A stretch of DNA of 64,000 nucleotides from Octopus sinensis (lineage: Eukaryota): the NCBI RefSeq assembly GCF_006345805.1, contig NC_043005.1, forward strand, positions 71,486,001-71,550,000, in the 5' to 3' direction. A program made the translations under genes and the position numbers. A model generated the notes under the pieces. It had not been told where the DNA came from. It searched no databases and saw only the letters and a list, made by a program, of their open reading frames with translations. This document shows positions 1-10,989 of this stretch, one piece after another. The number at the start of each line of letters is the position of its first letter. The stretch's first letter is position 1.

Positions 1-125
1 TGGTTGAGTACTCCACATACATGTGTACCCTTAATGTATTTCTCATGCAGAATCTGTATGGTACAATAATGCAGTGTGTGACAAGGCTGTACCTTTTGAA
101 CTACTGGTACAATTCATTTTCACTC
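1..125 (-). mobile_element. Fragment of SINE family E (same family as 21035-21362)
   Basis: Reverse complement contains ttcaaaaggtacagccttgtcac...ttaagggtacacatgtatgtggagtactcaacca, matching the 21190-21275 segment. Confidence 0.7.
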
Positions 126-195
126 TGTTCATTTTCACTCACAAGGCTTGAATCACTCCAAGGCTACAGACAATGCCATTTGTCCATGATACTGT

Positions 196-342
196 GCAGG
201 AGTGGCTGTGTGGTAAGTAGCTTGTTTACCAACCACATGGTTCCGGGTTCCTTGGGCAAGTGTCTTCTACTATAGCCTCAGGCCGACCAAAGCCTTGTGA
301 GTGGATTTGGTAGACGGAAACTGAAAGAAGCCCGTTGTATAT
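196..342 (+). mobile_element. tRNA-derived SINE family A, 5' half (split by the 343-1233 insert)
   Basis: Head gcaggagtggctgtgtggtaag with A-box-like TGGCTGTGTGG; internally shortened; continues accttgggcaagtgtcttc-like core to gaagcccgttgtata. Confidence 0.9.
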
Positions 343-1232
343 TCTGGTTCTTGACTGATGACTGAGGGCTTCGAATGTCCCGTCCTGTGGTTCTTGTGTC
401 GTCTCTGTGGTGTTTCATGTTCTTGTCCATGTCTGTAATTAATTTTACTGTTTACCTATATAATCGGCGGCTACGTATCCACAATTGTCCTTATACGATA
501 AGTATATTTTTTTCTCTAGCTTTGATACGACTCTTAATCTGTCTCTTTTTCTCTCTCTCTCTCTCCTCCCTTATTCCACTTCCTTCTTTCCCTCTCCATC
601 CGTCTCCCCCCCCTTCTACGTTTCTCTATCTCTCTCACCTCCAGCCCCCTCGATCTGTCTCTTTCTTCTCCTCCCTCGTCCACCTTCTCTCCCTTTTCAT
701 CTGTCCCTTTCTCCTGTCTTTTGTTCTACGTGACAGCTAGCCGCTGTTGAGCGCTCTTTTCGTTTTCAGCGCCGCAGAAGCAACACGTATTTGTTCGTCT
801 CCCCGTGGCCTTTAGGCACAACTTCACAAGCCAGCCCCATACTCAAATCGTCCTGTCGAAAGACCCTTGTCCTACGTCCTGGTTTTGTTTTGTGTTTATT
901 TTTTATTTTTACCGTTATTGTTTTACGTTTTTGTATTCTTATTGGTGTCACGTATTCTGTATTTTTGTTTGTGTACTTCGATCGTTTTCCGTCCTTTCGT
1001 TGTATACATTCGAAGCTTTCTTCCAGGGGATCTAATGCGCTTGGCTTAGATTTCCCTTGGCGGGCTGGCCATATCGGAGCAATCTCAAGATTAATCAGCC
1101 GAAATTGCTAAGATGATCTGGTTCTTGACTGATGACTGAGGGCTTCAAATGTCCCGTCCTGTGGTTCTTGTGTTGTCTCTGTGGTGTTTCATGTTCTTGT
1201 CCATGTCTGTAATTAATTTTACTGTTTACCTG

Positions 1233-1233
<1 letters not shown>
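343..1233 (+). mobile_element. Non-autonomous Penelope-like/retrozyme-like element, about 1.15 units of a 774-bp monomer
   Basis: Direct repeat 343-~460 matches 1117-~1233; inserted in the TA tract of a family A SINE; no real ORF; carries a hammerhead core. Class assignment is inferred. Confidence 0.6.
1063..1139 (+). ncRNA. Candidate hammerhead ribozyme with non-canonical strand order
   Basis: AGCAA-UC-UCAAGA (1078-1090), UCAGCC-GAAA-UUGCU (1095-1109), UCUUGA-CUGAUGA (1123-1135); stems I and III perfect and abutting the core motifs. Confidence 0.55.
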
Positions 1234-1292
<59 letters not shown>

Positions 1293-1520
1293 GCGTGTGT
1301 GTTTGTGTGTCTGTGTTTGTCCCCCTGGCATTGCTTGATAACCGATGCTGGTGTGTTTATGTCCCTGTTACTTAGCGGTTCGGCAAAAGAGACCGATAGA
1401 ATAAGTACTGGGCTCACAAAAGAATAAGTCCCGGGGTCGAGTTGCTCGATTAAAGGCGGTGCTCCAGCATGGCCGCAGTCAAATGACTGAAACAAGTAAA
1501 AGAGAGTAAAAGAGTAAAGA
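1234..1520 (+). mobile_element. SINE family A, 3' half
   Basis: (TA)n, then gtgtgtctgtgtttgtcccc...ggcggtgctccagcatggccgcagtcaaatgactgaaacaagtaaaagag tail. Confidence 0.9.
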
Positions 1521-2119
1521 GTTATATTAAGCTCTGGACTATATGAGCAGACTTTTCAATCATTTGACCATACTCTACCTAGACATGTGTGTGTGTATGT
1601 CAGTATGTATGTGTGCGTTTGTATGAGTGTAAGTGTGTGTGAATGTGTGTGTATGAGTGTATGTTTGTGAATGTGTGTGTGTGAGTGTGTATATGTGTGT
1701 GCATGTGTATGTGTACATGAGTGTTTGAGTGCATATGTGAGTGTATTTGTGTGTGAGCATATATGTGTGTGTGAGCATGTATGTGTATGTGTGAGTGCAT
1801 GTATGAATGTGTGTGTGTGAGAGTGTGTAAAAAGCTTCTATGCAGTCTCTGTCTACTAAAACTTTACACAAGGTATTGACCATTACAAGACTACAAAACA
1901 AGACACCAGCCAAAGACGATTCACTCTGGTATCTCACCTGACACCATGTGACCATGTAGCAAACCATTCAACCATGTGATTATTTCTGCACTTATAATAA
2001 TATTTCATTTCTAACAGATTTATAAGATAGAAGACTAGGGATGAGTGATTAAACCACAATACTTGATTGGTAGTTATATTACCAGTTCTTGTAATGGTGA
2101 AAGACATAGTTCACCTCAT

Positions 2120-2590
2120 CAGATCTGGTCATCAAATCTAAGTAGAGATTTCAAACTTAAAATCTTCAAAGCCACAGTCGAACCAATTCTACTATATGGC
2201 TCAGAAACCTGGACGTTATCAAAGAAACCTGAGAGGCGGTTGGATGGAACTTACACTCACCTCCTTATGAAAGCTCAAAATCTCTTGTGGTAGTGTCATC
2301 CAACCAAAGTACAAATATATGGGAAACTACCACCTGTATCATCTCTTGTGAAAGGTAGAAGAATCCAGTTTGCTGGACATTGTTGTAGAGCTGAAAACGG
2401 AGTAATTTCTACTCTTCTCCTCTGGAAGCCATCTGCTCGCAATACCAGAGGGCACACACTCTCCTACCCTTATGTAATCTCCAGGGATAAAGGCATCCAG
2501 CAACAGGACCTCCATAATGCTATGATGGACCGTGAAGTCTGGTGTAACATAGTAAATTCCATTGTCTCGACCACGGTCGAACAATGATTA
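2120..2590 (+). mobile_element. RTE-type LINE, 5'-truncated RT C-terminal fragment
   Basis: Translates IWSSNLSRDFKLKIFKATVEPILLYGSETW...RRIQFAGHCCR...AMMDREVW, typical non-LTR RT C-terminus; has an in-frame stop. Confidence 0.85.
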
Positions 2591-3004
2591 TGTGTTCACC
2601 TCTACTGAATTTCAACTCAAAATATAATGATTAAAGCAATGAAGAAAAACTTTGTGGTATGTCTTCTGGCTTTTTGCCTTCTATGTTGAAATGATGCTGA
2701 AATCGATTTTGTCTTTCTTCCCTCCCGGGGTGCTATAATTAAGCAACTAGTTTAATGGTATCAAATAACTCTTCTGCTTCTTTTCAAATTTCTAGTCTCA
2801 TATCTGTAAATTGGTTGGCATTTGGAAGGGTATCCATCCAGATGTAAAAAGATAAGATTATCCAAGTATACTTCCTTTTAGTTTTAGGATATTAAAATAT
2901 GATTTGAAGGAGATTTGATTGCTATTTTTTGGAAGTACTTAAAAATTCACCAACCCGAACCTCAACTCAGATGCTTTTGGAGTATTCTAGATTTCACTCT
3001 TGAT

Positions 3005-3420
3005 GTAAATGTGCTAAAAATGGTGGAAGATTTTATCTATTTAGACAGCGAAACCCAGCTGTACATCTGAATATCTTCTCCAGAAATGGAAAAGTGTTGC
3101 TTCTGGCAGGCAAACACCTTTGGAAGGATTCAAATATCTTACTTATTATTGCTTTCCCAATGGGATGTAAGCAGCTATTCTTGAAATTGAAACTATCTCT
3201 GGACTATTTACAGTGATGTATTGTGTTTGGCAAGTTTGTGTCCAAAGTAATTCAGTATCTACTTTTCGGCTATGCTTGAAACAGGTGATTCAAACACATA
3301 AAGTAGTAGTACTGCCTGTACTATCGGATGGTGCATTGTCATGGGCCCTGTATGCAGATAATTCAATTAAACAATTTCCATATTTGTTCTCTTTGCAAAA
3401 TCTGGAGAAATCAAATGGCA
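3005..3420 (+). mobile_element. Older degenerate RTE-type LINE RT fragment
   Basis: Frameshifted motifs MVEDFIYLDS, NTFGR and KVVVLPVLSDGALSWALY resemble F.YLGS / AFGRL / VV.P.LLYG.ESW. Confidence 0.6.
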
Positions 3421-3448
3421 ATACATGATACCCAACAAAGGGATCCTA

Positions 3449-3729
3449 TGTAGTAAAGATTGTTTGCCAACATAACATGGCAGTCCTGGTTTAGGACTAA
3501 TGTTGCTGTAATTTAGCCCCAAGGGACATTGTCTCCAGCTGGCTATATGACACAATCTGTGTCCTTATATTTTCGAGCAAGAGAATTTAGCACCCCCTTG
3601 TTCAAAAATATAAAAACACAGATCGTGTTGTATAGACAGTTGGAGATGATGGCTCCTGGGGCTACATTACAGCAACATTAGTCCTAAACCAGGACTGCCA
3701 TGTTATGTTGGCAAACAATCTTTACTACA
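3449..3729. repeat. 281-bp fold-back palindrome
   Basis: Arms 3449-3581 and 3597-3729 with 15-nt loop; outer 72 bp have 1 mismatch, inner part more diverged. Confidence 0.9.
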
Positions 3730-5596
3730 AAGTACTGTTGCTGAATATCTCATGTTATGGGATTTAAGAATAGTAATTTTCTAAAGGGGTCCTGTACTGG
3801 TTTTGGTTTCAGCTTCTAACACAAGGCCAGCAAATTGAGGGGAGTTGGGAAGAACTCAGATGGTACTTATTCTATTAACTTCAAAAGGATGAAAGACAAA
3901 GTTTGAACTTGAACTGACAACATAAAAACAGATGAGATTCCACTCAGCATTTTGCCCAGCATGGTAATGGTTCTGCCTACTCCTAAAGCCACTGGTAAGC
4001 AAGTATTGCTATAATGAGTCATCATCTTTGATGGGATGGTCATGTGGCTTCTATGCAACACATTTGCATTCTTGAGCTAGTTCTTACTGTCAGCTTGCTG
4101 GTTGTAAGTGATCTGTTGTAGCACCAATGAAGCAATAGAAAGAATCTCTTAAGCGAAAGCTGAAGAAGTGTCGTGTGAGTGAAGATGTGACTTCTTACAC
4201 GGATTCAGCCACTGATCAAAGTAGCTTGGAGAACTCTCAGCATTAAAGGAACTGGACTCTTTGAACAGACTTGTATTGAAACCGTTGAAGAGAAAAGAAG
4301 GTGGAGAAGGAAGGGTGCGGGAAAAGATCTAAATTGATTACATAGCACTATAACATTTATTTTTATATTATATATATATATTATTTGACCACTCTGTTGT
4401 CTGTTTGTACTTATGCTACAGCTTCTATAATCTCGACAGCTACATACACATATGCACACACACATACACACAAAGACACACACGCACAAACACACATCAT
4501 ACAAATATACATATGTGTATGTATAGATGTCTTTATGTACATATACATACACAAGTTTCATTAAGTGCAAGATGATATGTATGAATATAAGTAAGTATGA
4601 ATGTATGTATGCTAATAAATATACACACATACCTACACATTACACACACAAATACACACAAGTTTCATTAAGTACAACATAAGAAGAAATTTTATCAGTT
4701 TTCTTCTTTTGAGTTTTTAACCATCATTAATTGAATAAGTTTTAGAAGTGAAAATTATTAATAGTCCAAAAGCTTCTAATTCTCTTCTTATTCTATGCAT
4801 AAGTACCATATCATTAATGGAACTCAGCAACTCTAAGATAGTATTATTTTCTTTTAACATTACATTTAGCTTACTATTTTTACTGTAATCCTTTATGAAA
4901 TTAAAACTAAATAAACTAGTGACATTTTCTTATAAACTTCCATTAATGTAGATATGACCTTTGCATTTGTGTTTAGTAAGACCAAGTCTCTTTTCTATTT
5001 CCAAATTCTATCTAAACAATGGCAAAATCCATTGAATGAAATGTGATTTCACTCCTTCTCTGATGAAACTCCCACTCTAGGACTAATTTATTTAGTTTTA
5101 ACTTCATAAAGGACAGCAGCAAAATAATTAGCAGAAAAGTATACAAGAAAACAATACTGTCCTAGTGTTGCCAAATTCGATTAAGGAAATGGTACTTAAA
5201 CGTAGAATAAAAAGAGATTTTCGGGGGCTATTAACAATTTGCATTATCTTCTGAAGTTATTAAGAGCTCAAAGGAAAATAAATGAAATTATATTGTCTGT
5301 CGTTTACTGAAAATTATATATAGAGCGAGATACCTGAGAATTATGAATAGTCCTTCCTTGTGTTGGTTCAACCTACATAGGTGTATATACATACACGCAT
5401 ACATACATATGAAATAAATACGTGTATATATATATATGTATATATTGCATGTATTTATGTGTATATACACACACACACACACATACATATATATATACAT
5501 ATACATACACGTCCTCTCACTTTTTCTCTCTTTCTCTCTCTCACGCACAAACACACTGACACTCACATACAGTATAATAATGTATATATTAAATAC

Positions 5597-5636
<40 letters not shown>

Positions 5637-5849
5637 CATACATATATACATACATATGCATACATATTCATTCTCTCTCTTTTTCTCTCCCTCTCACACA
5701 CACACACACACACACAGTGTATGATAAAGTATATAAATATATTATATATGTGTGTGTGTGTGTGCATATATATGTATGTATATGTGTCATCTAAGAGTCC
5801 ATAACTCAGGGAAAATATGCACACCCACTCTGTTGACATATATATATAC

Positions 5850-6246
5850 CAATGCTGGCTTCATGTAACTAGCACCCATGCTGGTGGCACATAAAAAGCA
5901 CATTTTGAGTGTTGGGCCTCATGGAGGAAATGACAAATGACTGAGACCTTTCACAAAATACTATGCTTGAGAAGAAGAGCCATCAACCCAAGTGAAATCT
6001 TAGTTGTGACAGATACTGATGTCATACAAATGGCACTCATGTCGATGGCACATAGAAGCACTCATTACACTCTTGGAGAGGTTGGCGTTAGGAAGGGCAT
6101 CCAGCCATAGAAACCATGCCAATTAGACTGAGGTTTGGTGCAGGCCCTTAGCTTACGAGTGCTGATCAAACTGTCCAACCCATGTTGGACAGTGTGACCA
6201 GCACTGGTAAGCTGAGGGCCTGCACCAGACCAAATGATGATGATGA
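5850..6246 (+). mobile_element. RTE-associated 3' tail repeat (family F)
   Basis: gttggcgttaggaagggcatccagc...aacccatg...(GAT)n end; same tail follows RTE coding sequence at 50630-51120. Confidence 0.75.
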
Positions 6247-6279
6247 TTTTATATATATATATGTATATATATATATATA

Positions 6280-6621
6280 AGGGTAAAGACCCCCTTCGGT
6301 CATGAATGACCATGGGATTGCACCTAGAAAGTTACCTTCCTAGATACAAGTCCGGGCAAGGTTGTTTATGGAAGGCCAGCAGTCGCCCATGCATACCAGC
6401 CTCCCCTCTCCACGCCACCAGTGTTATCCAAGGGAAAGACAAAGGTCGATACAGCTTGGCACCAGTGACGTCGCAACTCATTTCTACAGCTGAGTGAACT
6501 GGAGCAACGTGAAATAAAGTGCCTTGCTCGAGAACACAACACGCAGCCCGGTCCGGGATTCGAGCTCACAACCTCACGATCGTAAGCTCGACGCCCTAAC
6601 CACTGAGCCATGCGCCTTCAC
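6280..6621 (-). mobile_element. Full-length tRNA-Arg-like SINE (family C)
   Basis: Minus strand ggctcagtggttagggcgtcgagcttACGatcgtgaggttgtgagctcgaatccc: A/B boxes and ACG anticodon-like loop; inserted in (TA)n; CpG-rich, so probably young. Confidence 0.85.
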
Positions 6622-6727
6622 ATATATATATATACATATACATATATAATGGCAGCATGGGTGGTGTTTATAAGCCACTTCAAAACCCACAAAAGCTGTT
6701 AGATTCACTTCAACATTTAAATTTAAT

Positions 6728-6777
6728 TTGTCAAAATATTTTCGTCGCTTTGACACTGTGACCTGTTCACTGACTAA
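6728..6777 (-). ncRNA. Minimal type I hammerhead, G3-C8 variant (left arm)
   Basis: gtca-GTGAACA-g-gtcac..gcgac-GAAA-ATAT-T-T-tgac; palindromic helix III AAUAUU; one stem II mismatch. Confidence 0.65.
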
Positions 6778-6796
6778 ATTCTGTGCTACACGGAAT

Positions 6797-6847
6797 TTTG
6801 TCAGTGAACAGGTCGCAGTGTCAAAGTGACGAAAACATTTTGACAAA
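6797..6847 (+). ncRNA. Minimal type I hammerhead, G3-C8 variant (right arm)
   Basis: tttgtca-GTGAACA(6804-6810)-g-gtcgc..gtgac-GAAA(6831-6834)-ACAT-T-T-tgacaaa; 7-bp stem I; helix III palindrome broken by one change. Confidence 0.65.
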
Positions 6848-6983
6848 TTAAATTTAAATGTTGAAGTGAATCTAACAGCTTTTGTGGGTTTTGAAGTGGC
6901 TTATAAACACCACCCATGCTGCAATTGTTTTTGTTTCAGCACACAATCTCAGATTAAGCCATTTGCTATGCAAGTACATCTCC

Positions 6984-7023
<40 letters not shown>

Positions 7024-7561
7024 CACATGCATACACAGGCATGACAGATACAATATATATATATATATATGCATACACAGACATGACAGAAGGTATTTAA
7101 GTCTGAAATTATACATTCAACTTATTTATTAATTGTTATTGTGTGAACATTTAATATTTTGTAGACATGCATTTTTCATTTTTCAATGCATGGACCCTTT
7201 CAGGTATGTTACTGATCAGATGATGAATATTCTCTTGTGCAATTTCTTGCCAAGTTTCTTGCACTAATCTCAAATGATCTGGCTTTAAAGATGTTTTCTT
7301 GTTCTTTTTACGAAGTGTCCTGTCCATTTTGCCACAGAGATGTTCAATACCTGCTTGCCATCTTACATAAAGCTATTAATAATAGTCTATTAATATTGGA
7401 TAGAAAAAATCCTTTTGAACAGAAAATGCAGAAAGTTGTCTATGACTTTTTCTATCCAAAATGGCTTTTCAAATCCAATATTTCCATACTCTTATTCACA
7501 GCTTTATGTGGGTGCTTCAAGATGTTTAGCCCTTTAGCATTCAGATTACTCTGGGAAAAGA

Positions 7562-7960
7562 TTGTGTGGTAAGTAGCTTGCTTATCAACCATATGGTCCC
7601 AGGTTCATTCCCACTGCGTGGCACCTTGGGCAAGTATCTTCTACTATAGCCTCGGGCCGACCAAAGCCTTGTGAGGGGATTTGGTAAATGGAAACTGAAA
7701 GAAGCCCGTCGTATATATGTATATGTGTATGTGTGTGTGCGTATATGTTTGTGTGTCTGTGTTTGTCCCACCCAGCATCGCTCGACAACCAATGGTGGTG
7801 TGTTTATGTCCCTGTAACTTAGTGGTTCAGCAAAAGAGACCAATAGAATAAGTACTAGGCTTCCAAAAACTTGCTCGACTAAAGGCGGTGCTCCAGCATG
7901 GCCACAGTCAAATGACTGAAACAAGTAAAAAGAAAGAGTATAAGAGTAAAGAGTATAAAG
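7562..7960 (+). mobile_element. SINE family A
   Basis: Near full-length match to the other family A copies. Confidence 0.9.
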
Positions 7961-7984
7961 AGTTTCTTTATTCACAAGGCTTTG

Positions 7985-8150
7985 ACTTAATTGTGCATTG
8001 TCTTGTAGCTTAAAGATTTCAATAATGAAATTGTATATTTTTAGAATGATATTATAGGGTAGGTGTGAGAGGCCAGATCTGTCCAGGTTGAACATAAAAC
8101 AGGTAAAATGTTTTGGCTGGATATGACCTGATTAAATACTAAAAGGTTAA
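7985..8150 (-). mobile_element. TTAA-type MITE fragment (family of 17728-17955)
   Basis: Ends aaaaggttaa; internal aacataaaacaggtaaaatgttttggctggatatg is the reverse complement of the 17745-17790 segment. Confidence 0.6.
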
Positions 8151-8164
8151 AAAAATGATAAAAA

Positions 8165-8510
8165 TTCATTCATTTTGTTGGGTCTTGGGAGAGTCATTAC
8201 AACAATAATAACACATACACTGGTTCAGTTTCCCTTCTTTATTGTTAGTCAATTGTTTACATATCTAACCAACTAACAAATCAATTTTTCATTTTGGGAT
8301 TTGGTTTGCAAGATTCTTTATTTGAGTTCGTGTGTTGAAGCATATTCTGTTGTGTCTGGAGAGAGTCATTTTCTTTTTGTGCCTTATATTAAATACATTA
8401 TATACATACATATATATATATACACTCACCGGTAGAATTTCCACTTATTCCTTATTTTTGGTTTCCTAAAATTTTCGTTGCATCTTGCAACTTTTCAATA
8501 GTCTTGACTC
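8165..8510 (-). mobile_element. Short Penelope-like element with U3-A8 hammerhead
   Basis: Hammerhead near its 5' end; partial inverted copy at about 8860-8905 (aataaggcacaaaaagaaaatgactctcc). Confidence 0.5.
8466..8501 (-). ncRNA. Minimal type I hammerhead, U3-A8 variant
   Basis: cta-TTGAAAA-gttgc aagat gcaac-GAAA-AT-T-T-tag; 3-bp stem I, 5-bp stem II, palindromic AAUU helix III. Confidence 0.55.
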
Positions 8511-8640
8511 TGTCCATTATTTACACTGCATTCCTTTTTGTTTACTTGTGCGCATGTACGTGGGTCAGTGTGAGTGTGTGTGTGTGCCTAAGCATGCATG
8601 CATGTACATATGTATGTGTGTATGTATGCATGCATGTTTA

Positions 8641-8760
8641 TGTATATATGTGTGTATGCATCTGTAAATATGTATATATGTGTGTATGCATCTGTAAATA
8701 TGTATATATGTGTGTATGCATCTGTAAATATGTATATATGTGTGTATGCATCTGTAAATA
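8641..8760 (+). repeat. 30-bp minisatellite x4
   Basis: tgtatatatgtgtgtatgcatctgtaaata repeated exactly four times. Confidence 0.95.
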
Positions 8761-8969
8761 TGTATGTATGTGTGCATCTGTATGTATGTATCCTGCATAT
8801 GCATGTGCTTGCATGTCTGAGTTTGCGTATTTTCTATGTATTTTACCAGTGAGTGTGTTACATAATAAGGCACAAAAAGAAAATGACTCTCCCAAGACAC
8901 AAGAAATCAATTGTTTTCTTAATTAATTCATGTTCTCAAATGTTTATAATATTTTAATAACTTCAAAAG

Positions 8970-9310
8970 TTAACCCTTTTAATACCAAGCTACCTGAGAT
9001 GACCCCTGGTTTTCTTATATACAAATCTATTGATTTAAAGTTTATCTAAATTAAAATGCTTCCACAAAATTTCCTGTCAGTCTATTTTCCAAGCACCAGC
9101 TTAACCCTTTCATTTCCGTATTTATTTTGAGATGCTTTGTGCTTCTTTCAATTGATTTTTAATATAAATAAGAATTTAGTCAAATAACTTATTTATCATT
9201 AAGCTAATGTTAAGAAGATAAATTGTAACTAAGGTTTGATGGAAGATTTTAATTCAAAATTCACGAAAACAAGACATTTATACTACAGAGACAGAGGTGT
9301 TTTCAACCAG
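8970..9310 (+). mobile_element. Two adjacent TTAA-ended (piggyBac-like) MITE fragments
   Basis: ttaaccctttt at 8970 and ttaaccctttc at 9101; the second matches 31505-31732. Confidence 0.65.
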
Positions 9311-9439
9311 GTTTGTATTGAATAGATTAATGAAGACAACGTTGTAATACTAAATTCTTCATTATTTTTAAATTAACTTAAACATAATCAGTGTATTTTA
9401 GTAATTCAGTATCAAAAGGGATAAGTTATTATCATAAAC

Positions 9440-9745
9440 TGCTCATCATCATCATCATCATATAATGTCTATTTTCTATGCTGGCATGGGTTGGACCATT
9501 CAAATGGGGTCTGGGAAGCCAGAAGGCTGCACCAGGCTCCAGTCTGATCTGGCAGTGTTTCTACAGCTGGATGCCCTTCCTAACGCCAACCACTCCGAGA
9601 GCGTAGGAGGTGCTTTTTACATGCCACCGGCACAGGGGCCAGAGTGGGCTGGCATCGACTATGTTTGGATGGTAGTCACGATGGGTATACTAGGCTTCGT
9701 ATATTTTACCCCAGTGTCACTTTGATGGCATGCTCTGCTGTAGCC
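9440..9745 (-). mobile_element. RTE-associated 3' tail repeat (F)
   Basis: (ATC)n then ctggatgcccttcctaacgccaaccactccgag. Confidence 0.8.
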
Positions 9746-9899
9746 TCTCAAGCTGATCAAAGCCTAGAGAGGGGATTTGGTGGGCGGAAAATGAAAGGAG
9801 TCCATCATGCAACTTTGGTTACTCTTACTCCGTGGAGGGGGGAGGGGTAGAGTAGGGGGAGCAGAGTGTTTCTCTCTACTATTATAGTAATAGTTACTT

Positions 9900-9937
9900 G
9901 CACTAGTTTCTTGCTGCTTTTGATGCTGCTGCTGCTG

Positions 9938-9997
<60 letters not shown>

Positions 9998-10251
9998 TCA
10001 TCAATGTTCTTACTCCTACAGCTATATCCACTACTACTACCTACCTACTACTACTACTGCTGCTGTTGCAAACTATACAATCATCGATGCTGTTACTGCT
10101 GCTGCTACTACTACTAGTACTACCACCATCACTATCATCGATGTTGTTACTCCTACAACTATATCCACTACTACTACTACTACTACTACTATCATTACTA
10201 CTACTACTGCTGCTGCTACTAGCTACACTATCATTGATACTGCTGTTGCTG

Positions 10252-10309
<58 letters not shown>

Positions 10310-10320
10310 AATCACTATCA
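9900..10320. repeat. (TAC)/(TGC) triplet microsatellite complex
   Basis: Long ctactact and gctgct runs. Confidence 0.95.
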
Positions 10321-10329
10321 CTATATATA

Positions 10330-10530
10330 TATATGCTGGTGGCACGTGAAAATCTCCCATCACACTCTGTTTAAGTGGTTGGCATATTAGGAAGGGCATC
10401 CAGCAGTAGAAATCATGGTGAAACAGAAAGTTGGAGTCCGGAAAGCTCCCAGCTGTCCAGTTCCATGTCAAACCTTCTAACCCATGCCAGCATGGAAAGT
10501 AGATGATAAACAATGACAATGATGATGACA
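10330..10530 (+). mobile_element. RTE-associated 3' tail repeat (F)
   Basis: ttaggaagggcatccagc...aacccatgccagcatggaaagtagatg...gatgatgac. Confidence 0.75.
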
Positions 10531-10547
10531 ATATATATAAATGTGTG

Positions 10548-10722
10548 TAGGCACTGGAGTGGCTGTGTGGTAAGTAGCCTGTTTACCAACCACATGGTTC
10601 TGGGTTCAGTCCCACTGCATGGTACCTTGGGCAAGTGTCTTTTGCTATAGCCTTGGGCCAACCAAAGCCTTGTGAGTGGATTTGGTAGACAGAAACTGAA
10701 AGATGCCCATCGTATGTAAATG

Positions 10723-10773
<51 letters not shown>

Positions 10774-10985
10774 ATGTGTGTGTCTGTGTTTGTCCCCCTC
10801 CCAACATCGCTTGACAACCAATGGTGGTGTGTTTACGTTCCCGTAACTTAGTGGTTCGGCAAAAGCAACTGATTGAATAAGTACTAGGCTTACAAAGAAT
10901 AAGTCCTGGGGTCGAGTTGCTCGACTAAAGGCGGTGCTCCAGCATGGCCACAGTCACATGACTGAGACAAGTAAAAGAGAGTAGG
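10548..10985 (+). mobile_element. SINE family A
   Basis: Full-length head, core, (TG)n and tail. Confidence 0.9.
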
Positions 10986-10989
10986 GAGT

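Larger units (their letters stand above)
6652..6985. mobile_element. Head-to-head fold-back of a short Penelope-like element with G3-C8 hammerhead
   Basis: Arms 6652-6785 and 6789-6922, 3-nt loop; related single copy at 27998-28200. Confidence 0.8.

Noticed and set aside
6555-6615. tRNA-Arg-like and other tRNA-like heads (also 54041-54120) as tRNA genes
   Set aside because: No complete acceptor stem or Pol III terminator, and they continue into SINE bodies
8641-8760. Regular 30-bp repeats as a CRISPR-like array
   Set aside because: No spacers, eukaryotic context, and derived from TA/TG microsatellite
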